This document shows positions 1 to 11,960 of a DNA stretch of 64,000 nt, piece after piece. Origin of the DNA: Scyliorhinus canicula. Lineage: Eukaryota. Location: NCBI RefSeq assembly GCF_902713615.1, contig NC_052161.1, positions 120,745,574-120,809,573 on the forward strand, given 5' to 3'. How positions within the stretch are numbered: position 1 is the stretch's first letter; each line of letters opens with the position of its first letter. Below the pieces are notes generated by a model. It saw only the letters and a list, made by a program, of their open reading frames with translations, was not told the origin of the DNA and ran no database searches. The position numbers and the translations under genes are program-made.

Positions 1-300
1 TCTAATATTTCTGCCGCCTTCACCCCAGCTGGCATTGCCTTCCCTACCACAAAAACGTCAATCTTCGAGTACCCCTGAAGTACTGAGGAGAAGAATGAAT
101 CCTCCCTGTCTTGTGGGTGCATAAACCTCCATGGATAAGCCCCTCCCCTTCATGAGCCTGGCTACCTCCCCCCCCCCCGGGGTTGGGACCTGTCCATCCT
201 CGGGTCCAACACCATATTCCAATCCTCCCCCCAGTATCCAGGTCTGGTATAGCCGATCAAACGTTCCTCAAAAGCCTGGAAGAGTGGCAGAGGGGGATTT
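1..300 (-). mobile_element. L1-clade LINE ORF2 endonuclease fragment
   Basis: Minus translation GEDWNMVLDPRMDRS resembles the APE motif GGDLNTVLDPSLDRS in the L1 at 60 kb. Confidence 0.7.
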
Positions 301-308
301 GATAAAAA

Positions 309-395
309 GGGCGGCACGGTGGCATAGTGGTTAGCTCTGTGCCTCACCGCGCCTGGGACCCAGGTTCAATTCTGGCCTCGGGTGACTGTGTGAAG
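309..395 (+). mobile_element. tRNA-derived SINE head fragment (V-SINE/HE1-like)
   Basis: GGGCGGCACGGTGGCATAGTGGTTAGC...GGTTCAATTC A/B boxes, shared with more than 20 other copies in the window. Confidence 0.8.
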
Positions 396-523
396 TTTTT
401 AATATCTAAGTCACTACTTTTCATAATTGTGCCTACTTGGATAGTTGGGATTGTTCTGTGCTTTAAAGAAGCTGTGACCAAGTTCTGGAGCAGAACAGTT
501 GTTGATGGTTTTTTGTTTGACAG

Positions 524-635
524 GGGCTGTCTGTATTTCTGGCTCCCGCAACCATACATCTGGAGTAATTACGCTATATTGGCCATTGGGGTCTGGGCCA
601 TTGCCCAGAGAGACTCTGTTGATGCCCTTGTGATG
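524..635 (+). CDS. AGTRAP: AGTRAP (angiotensin II receptor-associated protein) internal coding exon
   Basis: ttgacag acceptor and gtgag donor. Encodes (W)GCLYFWLPQPYIWSNYAILAIGVWAIAQRDSVDALVM, matching the AGTRAP segment LGVWAVAQRDSIDA. Phase 2->0. Confidence 0.93.
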
Positions 636-1849
636 GTGAGTACCTCCAACTCAACACTGGCATATAATGCTTACCCAGGTATAGGTGCAGCTTCCAGCTC
701 AATGTGTTTCAGTTATGTTCTCCCATGCTCCCACATTTACAAAAGTACTGAACTTTATTGGAATATCATTCACTGCAGGTCACCCAGGTTACCATTTTCA
801 TGCAAGTCTAGACAGTGAATGTTGACAACGCAAAGGTTCACCGTGTGATCTCCATATGTGTGCCTCCAACAGCAGCCGCCATGTGGTCATCAGGCATGGG
901 GACTGATTTTCCCGATTTGACTCTCCACCCCAGCTCAGTTGTAGCTGCCCCTCTGTCCTGAGATCAGTTACCTCAGTTCAAATTGCATCAAATAAACATT
1001 CAGAAGTTCTCGAAGAAGGCGGTCTCCACCATTTTCTCAGGGCAACTAGGGATGAGCACTAAATGCTGAACTTGCCAATAACGTTCATATACAACAAATA
1101 AAAACGGAAACCTGAAATCTTCCTGGGTTCATGGGTCCCCTCGCCTTTTGTCACTGAACCTTGTATGACCTTTCACTGACAATGTTGTACTGCCAATTAT
1201 CAAGTGTTTTGCTGTAGTTCAGTGAAGTTGTGAATTAAAATAATTAATTCAGTAAAGCATGGGTGTATGTTTCCTTTAAAATGAATGATGTTAACTGCAT
1301 TCCATTCCTCTGAAAGTGAGTGGGAGAGACGGGATTGAGATTGTTACAGCTAGGAAGAAGTGGAGCAATGAACCAAGTGCTAGTCTATACTTGCCAGTAC
1401 TGTTTGCATGTGTCACTGGACATGACCTCTCCAAGCACCAATCATTTACTGCTTCAGTTAAGTGTTGTATCCGAGGTTTAAAGTATTCTCGACTGTAATG
1501 AGGTCATTATCAGCTGGGACCAGCTTACAACAGGGTATATCAAAACATGAACACTGATGCCCACCACCATAAAGGCTGAAGTTTATCCCTGGGGCATGTC
1601 CACCTTGTGCTAGATTCACATTGTTCCCTTCACCCCCTGGAATGGCCTTGTACCTCTGGGCTGCAAAGCATGCTGAAACTCTTGAGTTCTTGTGTCAAGG
1701 ATGAATATCTGGCCACAGTCTGTCAATGGTGTTTAGAGCGAAGAGAAGTAAACATGGGGTTAGGACACGGCGAGGTCTCCCTTTCTCTTCCCTAGTCCTG
1801 TGTTTAATTCACAATTAGCTGCTGTCCTAATACAAACTCACAGAATTCA

Positions 1850-2040
1850 TAGAACATGGAATTCCTACAGTGCAGAAGGAGGACCGACTCTGAAAGAGAA
1901 CACTGCCTGGGCCCACTCCCCTGCCCTATCCCCGGAACCTCACCTAATATGAACAACTTTGGACACGAAGGGGCAATTTAGAATGGCTAATCCACCTAAC
2001 CTGCTCATCTTTGGACAGTAAGGGGCAATTTAGCATGCCA
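1850..2040 (-). mobile_element. HE1-type SINE 3' tail fragment
   Basis: CATAGAA repeat and TACAGTGCAGAAGGAGG tail, plus CTAATCCACCTAACCTG body. Confidence 0.65.
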
Positions 2041-2796
2041 TCCCGGACCTGTTTCTGGAGTTATTTTGGGCCTTCTGGGTGACCAGGAAGTGGGGGCGGA
2101 GCAGGGATCGGCACCACTGTCTCCCGCTGGCCCGGACGAGCCTGAGGAGATCCCGCCTGTCGATGATCCCGTTGCCGGATCAAGCAAGCCCCTGGTTGTC
2201 GGTGGGCCGTCTTGCCCGCCGCACTCAGTGTGGTGGAGGCTTCGTGCCCGGAGGCGACTGTCCGAAGGCTGTCAGCCGCCCAGTGTCGGGATCGGAGGAT
2301 GCTCATGAGGTTTCTCTTGTAGCGGTGTGCGGGTCTCACGTCGTTGCCTGATACTGGTGTCGCCCTCACCCCGTCTGGGGCCTCACGGAATCTGTCACAT
2401 TATAACTGAAGGTTCTTTTGTTTTTCTGCCTCTGTAGATAGTTCAGGAAGTGCCCTATTGGGCCACCCCTTCACCAACACTCCGATTCCCTCGCTCCCCA
2501 CCACCCCTCCTCCTCCTCCTTCCCCCCCCCCCCCCCCCCCCCCCCCCCTCCCCCCCCCCCTCCTCCTTTCCCTTCTGTTGGTACCGGCGAGGGTATCTGA
2601 TCTCTCCAGCGCAAAGTTTAGTGCTTGTACTGTTTGTTTTTGTAAAACTGTGTTGTGAACTGTTTTAATAATCAGAGTAACCAGCCCCCCTCCCCGTACA
2701 TTGGTACTGAGGGGAGGGTACCCTGTTTCTCCAACACAAAATTAGTGTTTGTACCGTTTGGCCTTGTATATATTTTTAACTGTTTTAATAAAAACA

Positions 2797-2970
2797 TATG
2801 GCCAATCCAACCTAATCTACACAACTGGGAGGAAACTGGAGCACCCGGAGGAAATCCACACATACATGGGGAGAATATGCAAACTCCACACAGTCGCCCA
2901 AGGCTACAATTGAACCCGGGTCCCTGGCGCTGTGAGGCAGCAGTACTAACCACTATACTGCCACCGTGCC
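2797..2970 (-). mobile_element. V-SINE/HE1-like SINE
   Basis: Reverse complement of the shared tRNA head and V-domain (GCAAACTCCACACAG...GAACCCGGGTCCCTGGCGCTGTGAGGCAG). Confidence 0.85.
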
Positions 2971-3041
2971 TCCCTCATGTCCTCAGACTGTGTGCCTGCT
3001 ACTGACGTTTGTTGAATCTGATGTCTTACTTTTTCTTTTAG

Positions 3042-3258
3042 TATTTAGTTGGCACAGTGATAACGATCCTCACTGACATCATCCACATCGCGATCAGCTA
3101 CGACCGTTTAGCTGGCAAACAAGTCGACGGTGCATCGAGGGACCAGTTCCGCTTCAGTGTCGGCATGGCAATTTTGAGCCTCCTTCTGAAGCCAGTTTCT
3201 TGTCTCTTTGTGTATCAGATGTACAAGGAACGAGGGGGAGATTGCAACCTAAACTTTG
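3042..3258 (+). CDS. AGTRAP: AGTRAP internal coding exon
   Basis: ttttag acceptor and gtaag donor. Encodes YLVGTVITILTDIIHI...RFSVGMAILSLLLKPVSCLFVYQMYKERGG, a hallmark AGTRAP segment. Phase 0->1. Confidence 0.95.
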
Positions 3259-3656
3259 GTAAGAGTCTAGGTCAACCAACCCTTTTGCTAACCCTGAGCA
3301 ACAAGGTGGGTGGTTAGGATGCATTGGCAGGCAGATGTATTAACGGAAGGCTTGGGGTTAAATCAATCTGCATGGTCAGAGGCACTAATGTACTTAATTT
3401 CTTCCCCTGACGTTCCCCCCCCCCCCCCCACTGACACCTGATAGATCAAACGCATTGTCATTCTGTCCTCAGTAGATGATCGCCGCACACATTCTGGAGT
3501 GGATTTGAGCAGGATACATTGAGAGCAATGAATCTTGGATAGGTGGGTGAATGGGAAGCATAGGTTCTTAAGACGAGTGGGAGGTGGGTTCAGTGATTAC
3601 TGGCACGGATTGAGATTGAAGAGATTCAAATCACAGCCAAGTCTGTTGACATCTAG

Positions 3657-3880
3657 GGGCAGCACGGTGGCGCAGTGGTAGCACTACAGCCTCACGGCGC
3701 TGAGGTCCCAGGTTCGATCCTGGCTCTGGGTCACTGTCCGTGTGGAGTTTGCACATTCTCCCCGTGTTTGCGTGGGTTTTGCCCCCACAACCCAAAGATG
3801 TGCAAGTGGATTGGTGGATTAGGTGGATTGGCCACGCAAAATTGCCCCTTAATTGTAAAAATGAATTGGGGACATGAATT
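3657..3880 (+). mobile_element. short-tailed V-SINE-like SINE
   Basis: Shared head plus CCCACAACCCAAAGATGTGC...AAATTGCCCCTTAATTG tail. Confidence 0.9.
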
Positions 3881-4432
3881 TACATCTTCCCCAGACCTGC
3901 ACCTTTATGACCCTCTGGGAGTCGCTGGATGATATTCGGAGGCTCCCGCTGCTACTCTGACACCGAGCAATGCTGTTCCCAGGCTGCAGGCATGGCTACT
4001 TGCTGAATAAATTTGTTGAGCCTTTAGGGGAGTGATGAATACCTTGAAGACACTGTTTCGAGCTGCTCCCTTAAAATACTTAAAATTGTAATGAACAGAA
4101 AAAGAATCATCCAATCTGAATGTTTCTCAAATTCTGGGGTTTGGTAAATTTTGGGCAGAGTTTGTCTCTGTTCCCCACCCTTCAGAGGGCTTGTGCAGTA
4201 TGTGCAGTATTCTGGAAGTAGTGAATTGCTGTGAATGAATTGTATTTTTTAATAGAGGTGGCTACTTTTTAAGATAATTGTGCTGCATGTTCCTGTTTTA
4301 TGCTGAACCTGTTCTGTTTGTTTAGTTACTTGCTTCTCAGCCTCCTGAAGGTTTTCTTTTAAATCAAAGCTTATATTTGTCTTTTTATTTTTCCTTCTCT
4401 CGCTCTCCCTCTCCCTGGTTTCTCCATCCCAG

Positions 4433-4509
4433 ACCTGGACAGCTCCATTGACAGCAGGTTTACATGCGATAGTGTTGAATCCAGTGCTCACTACGGTCGT
4501 TCCAACTGA
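4433..4509 (+). CDS. AGTRAP: candidate alternative terminal coding exon of AGTRAP
   Basis: About 50-nt pyrimidine tract plus cag at 4381-4432. The phase-1 join gives DLDSSIDSRFTCDSVESSAHYGRSN*. ATTAAA at ~4772. Confidence 0.45.
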
Positions 4510-5169
4510 ACCACCCACCCCTGTCTCTCCTGCAGTGTGTGTATACTCTTCCTCCCTTTGCTGTAACCCTCAGCTCTCCCGCTTTGGAATGCTGATCTTC
4601 CAATAGTCACCTGATCCCTCCTGAGCTGCTGAAATGATGCTGCTGTTTTTGTGCTGTTAATTTGTCCTTCGTGAAGATCCAGAAGTTTTATTTTCATTTT
4701 TGCATAACATTTCTGAAGGTTATTGTGCGTGTTTATAGTCTCTTTAAAATGGGATACTTTTTTTTTCCTCTATTAAAACTGTGGGTAATTGAATGAAGGT
4801 TTCTGCTTGTCACAATGCTTCCCTGGTGACTGGGGAACCGTATGGATGGTAAATTCACAAGGTGCATCTTGCTAAGATGAGTTTGCAGATCTTGGCTAAA
4901 GCACGATAATTGGCCTCAAAGCCCTCAAATTGAGAAGGATGAAATCGGATGACACTAAAATAGGATGCATGATCACTAATTCTGAGGACTCAAAAAAAAC
5001 TGCAAGGGGATATTGAGAACATGATGGAGTAGGCAAAGAAATGGCTGATAGCATTCTATGTCAGTGAAAGAGGGACACCTTGGTAAAGTAATAATTATAC
5101 ATCAAAAAGATGATTCTCATCTTTTCTCCATGACCAACTGTTTCCTTAATAAAAGCAAAATACTGCAAA

Positions 5170-5285
5170 TGAAATGAAAATTGCTTATTGTCACGAGTAG
5201 GCTTCAATGAAGTTACTGTGAAAAGCCCCTAGTTGCCACATTCCGGCGCCTGTCCGGGGAGGCTGGTACGGGAATGGTACGAGAT
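5170..5285 (-). mobile_element. short SINE (second tail type)
   Basis: Reverse complement of CGACTAGGGGCTTTTCACAGTAACTTCATT...GACAATAAG, also seen at 11880 and 24445. Confidence 0.75.
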
Positions 5286-5296
5286 GTGGAAATCGG

Positions 5297-5497
5297 AAAT
5301 AAAAACAGAAAATGTTGGAATATCTCAGCAGGTCTAGCAGCATCTATGGAGAGGGAGTAAAATAGTTAACGTTTTAAGTCCAATGTTACTTCTTCAGAAT
5401 CGAAGAGGAGTCATATTGGACTCAATAATAACTCTGTTTCTGTCTCCACAGATGCTGCCATATTTGCTGAGTTTATCCAGCATTTTCTGTTTCTATT
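5297..5497. repeat. palindromic dispersed repeat (Penelope-terminus-like or MITE)
   Basis: Arms AAACAGAAAATGTTGG..CAGCAGGTCTAGCAGCATCT and AGATGCTGCC..GCTGAG..CCAGCATTTTCTGTTT are inverted. A second copy lies at 11500-11675. Confidence 0.6.
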
Positions 5498-5499
5498 TC

Positions 5500-6355
5500 A
5501 ATTCTCTCCCTAAACCCATCTCCCGCATCCTCTTCACCTTAGTTCCAACAAGAACTGGAGGGATCTGATACACTTATGACACAAAGATTGAGACCATCCA
5601 TGTAGCCGCCTCCCCGCCTCCTATCCCTGAGCACGTGTCTTTCCCTCCTATTTTCCCTCGTGTCTTCCGGAGGCTCAACTTGTCAATAAGACCCATGCCC
5701 TCCTCCTTCAACCCATTCCCAGTAAACTGCTGAGCACCCGACTGCCCTCTGTGGTAACTGACTTTGTAAATAATTTCCCCTCTTTAAGGTACTACCCCGC
5801 CTCCTTTCAAAACTACCGTCGTCGCTCGGCGAAACAAAATCACCCTTAACCCCTTTCTCCTTAGAAACCTCAAGTCGATGTCCATATTTTCATGTAATTT
5901 AAAGTTTGAATCTCTGCAATCTGGTTTCCTTCATCACCCCAGCATTAGAATGGCCCAAAGTGATAAGTGACACGTTCCAAGATGTGATACTGTCCTCTCC
6001 CATCCTTATCAATTCCATTGGAAACATGAAATTGTTCACCGCGCCGTTCTCTGCCATCTCCTCTGCTGTCCAGTTGAGCCTTGCTTGATTCCACACTTGT
6101 CATCCAGAGTTTCTCCAGCAATGACTTCAGTTGCTCTTCTCTCGCTGCTATCTCTCCAGGCCTCCACAAATCTTCCCTCGAGCCCCCCTCCCTCCTCTTC
6201 ATCTATGTACTTTCAAAGATATGTGATTTAGCTACTGGTTCTCTGACAACCAATTCTACCTCTTTTGATCCCATTCGCATCTCTTTGTTGCCAAACTGCC
6301 TGCCTGACGTACATTTGATGAACCGCAATTTGCTCCAGTTAAGCAAACAAATTCT
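5500..6355 (+). mobile_element. degenerate L2/CR1-type LINE reverse-transcriptase fragment
   Basis: C/T-rich decayed sequence with RT-like residue patterns and no intact ORF. Confidence 0.45.
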
Positions 6356-6356
6356 C

Positions 6357-6645
6357 TAAAGTGCAGAAGGAGTCCATTCGGCCCACTAAGTCTGCACCGA
6401 CCCTCTGAAAGAGCACCCTACCTAGCCCCATTCCCCGCCCTATCCCCGTAACCCAACCTAATCTGTACATCCCTGAATATTAAGGGGAAATTTTCTCATT
6501 GACAATCCACCTAACCTGGACATCTTTGGTCTGTGGGAGGACACTGGACCACCCAGAGGAAATGCACGCAGACACTGGGAGAAAGTGCAAACTCCATACA
6601 GACAGTTACCCAAGGTCGGAATTGAACCCGGGTCCCTGGCGCTGT
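6357..6645 (-). mobile_element. HE1-type SINE with CR1-like tail
   Basis: AGTGCAGAAGGAGTCCATTCGGCCC tail and full V-domain on the minus strand. Confidence 0.85.
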
Positions 6646-6802
6646 CCCCTTGCTCTACCATTCACAGCTGTGCCTTCAACTGTTTTAAGTTCCACAATCT
6701 GAAATTTTCTCTCCTCAACCTTTCCCTCCTTAAAATGCACTCTGAGCATGTTTTTTTTACTTGCATCTCTTGATACCTCCTTTAACTTGGTATCATTTGT
6801 GT

Positions 6803-7012
6803 GGGCAGCATGATGGTGCAGTGGTTAGCACTGCTGCATCACCACGCCGAGGTCCCAGGTTCGATCCCGACTCTGGGTCACTGTCCGTGTGGAGTTTGCA
6901 TATTCTCCCCGTGTTTGCGTGGGTTTCACCCCCACAAGCCAAAGATGTGGAGGGTAGGTAGATTGGCCACGCTAAATTGAAAAATGAATTGGGCACTCTA
7001 AATTTTTAAATA
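6803..7012 (+). mobile_element. short-tailed SINE with 16-bp TSD
   Basis: AACTTGGTATCATTTG at 6784-6799 and 7013-7028. Confidence 0.9.
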
Positions 7013-7565
7013 AACTTGGTATCATTTGCTACCTGATTATCATTTTGAGAAGTACCTTGAAACGATGTGCAAACTGTTGTTGATTTGACAGGTGTTTGGA
7101 ATTATGATGGGCTAAGACAGACAAAGACAGTTTCCAGTGATTAGTTTGAGAGGAGACACCCATTTACAGATTTGAGTGGGATATCAGAGAAGCAGAGGTC
7201 ATGTCAACATTTAGAAATAGATTCGAGAGGTGGTTGAAGGCAGTGAGAAGAGAGATATGGGTACAGGGTAAGAGCATGGAATTAGGGTTACTGCTAATTA
7301 TGACTGATTGAGGCAGAATGTTAGTTTCTTTGTAGTAATTTCTTGGTAATATTAGGATTTTATTGCTCATTCCTCGGTGAGCAGTCTCTGACTCTGCCAG
7401 TGTTGCTGTAACAAGCTAGTGCCTCAGGTTCCTGGCAATCCGCTCTGAGCTCATAGCTGAACCAGGTCGGTCTGGCGGTTCTTGTGTTCCTCACTTGTAT
7501 TGTTTTTGGTTCTTTCTGTCGGGGGGGAAGAGAAAATGACTATTTCTCTGAATTGTTCTGCACAG

Positions 7566-7684
7566 GTTTCCCAGATTTAACTGTTGGTCGGGATCGAACT
7601 TCATACCAGACTATTGATGGGCAGGAGCCTCACCACCAACCTGCAGTTTCTGCAGGGACCAAGACCCTTAGCGCAGCCTATTAA
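7566..7684 (+). CDS. AGTRAP: AGTRAP terminal coding exon
   Basis: cacag acceptor, phase 1. (G)FPDLTVGRDRTSYQTIDGQEP...SAAY* matches the AGTRAP DRSAYQTID motif and C-terminal Tyr. Confidence 0.93.
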
Positions 7685-9240
7685 TTAATATTCAAGTTAT
7701 AAGGCGCTACGGTATGAAAGCCTGTACAAACAACCTTGTGCCTTAGATTCAGTAACCACTTGCTCATGTATGTCTGTATTGATGAGCCAATGTATTCTGT
7801 GCAAATGTTACATTCACATCTTCCGGATGATGTTATTGTGATGACTGTCCAGGGGGCAGCTGGGCTGCAATACTGTCAGCAACAAAAGCTACTTGGAGTT
7901 GAAGCTGGAAATTGTTGCACTTAAGAAAATTCTAGCCCCGGCGAATTCCAATGTAGTGATTGGGACATGAATCAAAATCACTGTCTATTCCATTCAGGAC
8001 ATTACAGTCTTGGCTGACTACGATAAGCAGAATGAACGCGGTTGCCAGCTCCCTGCATGTTTAAAGGCATGGTTCAGTGTGTTAATACTGAGCGATAGTG
8101 ACCAAAGTGTTGAAGGTGACTTGCCTCAGAACTTTACTCGGGAGGCAGAGGTGACATTGGTCACCCACTATTTAGCCACAGGGACATCCCCACCTCACCA
8201 AATCAATGCTGTGTTTCAGCTCCTGAAATATGACTGTTACAATTTACAGTATTATCCAACTACAGGCTTCAGTTTTCTTGCTCACAAGCAAAGTATACAG
8301 CTCCAGTAATTTTGTCTTCGTGGTCGCTTGCTGAGATTTGGCAGAGGTGCATAAAGGAGTTAAATGTTACCTTAAATTTGAACCTTATGAATTTTCGTTG
8401 GCTCTGGCCAGAGCGAATCTATTGGGGTGGCATGATTGGTGCTCAATTGCTATTTTTCAGTGGGGCACAGGAGAGTGTCACCAGGTGACCAACCCTGTTC
8501 TCCACTCAGGAAAGTGATTCGGGAATTTGCTATTTAGGAGTTGTTGGTGCAAACCTTTGTCACGCACAGTACATTGTACCCTTCCCCCACCATGCGGATT
8601 TCTTGGACTGAAAGGCCTGTTTCTGTGCTGTAACGTTTTGCAAGAGCAAACGGTTCTCTTATTTGTTCCGGGCCTAGGGACAGTTTATCTGTAGTAGGGA
8701 ATCTTTGCTTGTTGTCCCACTTACCATTTTCAGGAGCAGACATGATTTTGAATATGTTGACAGTCTAACTTCTGAACTCCAGCAAAATGAAACCCATTTC
8801 TGTCGTGCAAAAGTTGATGTGTAAATGAGCTTTAAAATTTTGTTAATATGTAAGAATCTTGATTTTATGAAGCTGCACAATTGGTGAATGAAGGAAAGAG
8901 CGATCAAAACCCCTGCAAGCAGTTGTTGGGGAACTGCTGCTGCTGCTTATTGGAAATGACAAAGGGTTAATAGCCTGTCCATTTTCTGCAAATGTCATTC
9001 ATACTGTCCCAATCTCAAGATGGTTGCTAGCCTCAGCATGCGATTCAATTGCCATGGGAACAAGTGCCAGGTATCAATCTTGGGCTCTGTGTGTGGGTGA
9101 ACGTTTAAATCCTGATGTGTAATTTTACTCAATTATGTGCCATTTGTTCGATTTTAGTGCCTACTTACTGTCAGCATCCTGAATGCTATGATTGTGAAAT
9201 GTATCTATTATTGCTAATAAAATCCTGCTAAAATGGATAC
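7685..9240 (+). other. AGTRAP: AGTRAP 3' UTR with polyadenylation signal AATAAA at 9216-9221
   Basis: Unique stretch with no recognisable transposon after the stop codon, ending at an AATAAA in AT-rich context. Confidence 0.55.
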
Positions 9241-10822
9241 ACTGCAGTGAACTCTGAATAAGCGCTACTCAATACAGGTGCAGTTCAACATGAGACAATT
9301 GGCAACTTGGAGTAGAGGCTTTGATTCTTTTCCGAAGAGCAACTGAATTGTGTGACTCCTCAGCAATACCAGGAAGACTTTGCTGATCACCCTGTCAAAT
9401 AAAATGCAGACAGCAGCAATAACTTTGCTACCAGTATTCGTGTCTGTGCACAAGCCACAGTATTGGACACAGTGTCTGCATGTTGGGGTTGAGTGCAGGT
9501 AACAGGCGACACTTAAATACTAAACCACAGATTCAGGATCACCCAGACACAAGTTTATTTTAACTTTCCTAACAGTAGCTTTAAAATGATGTTGCTGCTC
9601 CGTAGTCTTCTTTCTCGCACATTCTTATGACACACGGACACCAACTCACGAACATTGAAACATTTCTGCAAACCACAGCTAGCTCATCATTCACTAACTG
9701 CAGGAGATCTGATTTCTCCAATAATCTCTTGCATAACTCATCAGAAATGAATCATGCAATAAATGTGACTAAACATCCTTGTCTGCTGTTTGATTTCGCT
9801 GCTAATTTAGATATGTATATTTGTATTTAACGCAAGAGTAACAGGAATTGTACAGAGAAAAAAACATTGAAGCTTTTGGTGCAGTTCAATATCTGAAATG
9901 GAGTACATTTATAATATTTATCAACAACCCTTCCTTTAAACCACCCCTTCCCTGAGCTTTGGTCAGCTTGCAGATACTGGACATGAGGCAGTCACCCTCT
10001 CATTTCTTTGTAAGCTTTACAAGCCCCAGGGAAAGGCGAGGTGAGTCACGCTGACTGAGCCGATCAGCAAAGCTGTTGGTTCCTGTGAGAGATTTGGGGA
10101 ATCTCCAGGGATCCTTTCTTTTAATTGAGAAATCCTTGCATCAGCTGGTAACAGCTACAGGATTTATTGTGTGCATTGGCTTTATTGACCTGCCACATGT
10201 GCTTTCTATAATATGCTTCAAATACTATTTTCAGCATGTGAGGGCAATACATTCTTGAAGCAAGTTTCTTTCGCAGTGTAAGAACATAAGAAAGAGAAGC
10301 AGGAGTAGACCATTCAGTGCCTCAAGCCCACTCTGCCATTCAACGTGATCATGGCTGATCCCCTTCAACACCATTTCCTGCATAAGTCTCTACCCTTTGA
10401 TAATCTGAATATGTAGCCATCTATTGGTCATGTGTTATCTTCTGTTGCCTTGTTCCTTTGTCATGCTAAGGTTCAAACAGTTTGGACTGGGATGGGGAGA
10501 TCAGTCAAACTTGTACCTAACTTTTGCTCTCTTTTTTAACAATCACCACACAAGAGGGTTGGTTCAGAGAATGGATGGTTGCATAACTCCAGTTCCACCT
10601 TGTGCACACTGGAGAGGGGTTGGAGCAGAGTCAAAACGAGTTAAAAAGAAAAACGAAGTTTCTGAGGGAAGGGAAGAAGGTTGGATGTACGTAACACAGG
10701 TAGTTTGAGTGCCCAGTAACTGCATCACGTACTTACTGATCAGAGATGTGTAGATTCCAGTTTGCCTAGGCTTAATATTCTGACACTGGGGCAGCTCATT
10801 TCCACAGGGAAGATTTAGCACG

Positions 10823-11194
10823 ATGCCCAAGGCGGCGGGGAAAGGCATTGCCCCCAAGAAAGGGCCAAATAAGGCGGCCACCAAGAAGCGCATCAAGGGC
10901 GAGAAGAAGAGCCGCAAGGAGAGCTGCAGCATCTACAGCTACAAGGTGCTGAAGCAAGTGCACCCGGACACGGGCATCTCCTCCTCGGCCATGAGTGTCA
11001 TCAACTCGTTCGTCAATGACATCTTGGAGCGCACCACCTGCAAGTCCTCCCGCCTCATCCGCTACAGCAAGCGGCAGACCATCTCCTCCTGGGAGATCCA
11101 GACCACCGTCTGTCTCCCGCCGCCCGGCGAGCTGGCCAAGCATGCCGTCTCCAAGGGCACCAAAGTGGTCACCAAGTACACCAGCTACAAATGA
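10823..11194 (+). pseudogene. H2B: solitary divergent histone H2B copy (open frame, probably decaying)
   Basis: [15 protein letters not shown]...[18 protein letters not shown]. Many non-conservative changes (R>W, R>C, LL>PP, E>K). No 3' histone stem-loop. Confidence 0.85.
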
Positions 11195-11269
11195 AGGGCG
11201 CCTGGACAGACGGACTGCGTTTAAAAAGAAATACTTAACTATGTTAAGAGCAAGTTACTGAGAAGGCTG

Positions 11270-11485
11270 GCTGGTGCAGTGGTTAGCACTGCTGCTTCAC
11301 GGCGCTGAGGATCTGGGTATGATCCCGGCCCTGGGTCACTGTCCGTGTGGAGTTTGCACATTCCGTGTCTGCATGGGTCTTACCCCCACAATCCAAAAAG
11401 ATGTGCAGGATAGGTAAATTGGCCATGCTAAATTGCTCCTTAATTGGGAAAAAAAAGAAGTGGATACTCTAAATTTATTTTTAAG
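11270..11485 (+). mobile_element. short-tailed SINE
   Basis: Shared head and tail. Degenerate TSD AAGTTACTGAGAAGGCTG / AAGTTATTGCGGATGCTG. Confidence 0.85.
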
Positions 11486-11499
11486 TTATTGCGGATGCT

Positions 11500-11675
11500 G
11501 TAATCTGAAACGGAAACAGAAAATGTTGGACAATTTCAGCAGGCCTGGCAGCATCTGTGGGGAGAACTGAGCTAACCTTTCGAGTCTGGATGACTCTTTG
11601 TTGCAAATGTTAACTCTGTTCTCTCCACAGATGCTGCCAGCCTCCTGAGATTATCCAGAATTTCTGTCTTTGTCC
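11500..11675. repeat. palindromic dispersed repeat, second copy
   Basis: Same inverted arms as 5297-5497. Confidence 0.6.
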
Positions 11676-11679
11676 AAAA

Positions 11680-11960
11680 GCACTGTTGCTTTACAGCTCC
11701 AGGGCCCCAGGTTCGATTCCCGGTTTGGAACACTGTCTGGAGTCTGCACGTTCTCCCCAAGTCTGCGTGGGTTTCCTCCAGGTGCTTTGGTTTCCTCCCA
11801 CAAGTCCCAAATGATGTGCTGTTAGGTAATTTGGACATTCTGAATTCTCCCTCACTGCACCCGAACAGGTGCCAGAATGTGGCGACTAGGGGCTTTTCAC
11901 AGTAACTTCATTGCAGTGTTAATGTAAGCCTACTTGTGACAATAAAGATTATTATTATTA
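11680..11960 (+). mobile_element. SINE (second tail type) ending in (ATT)n
   Basis: B-box GGTTCGATTCC, V-like domain, GACAATAAAGATTATTATTATT tail. Confidence 0.8.
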
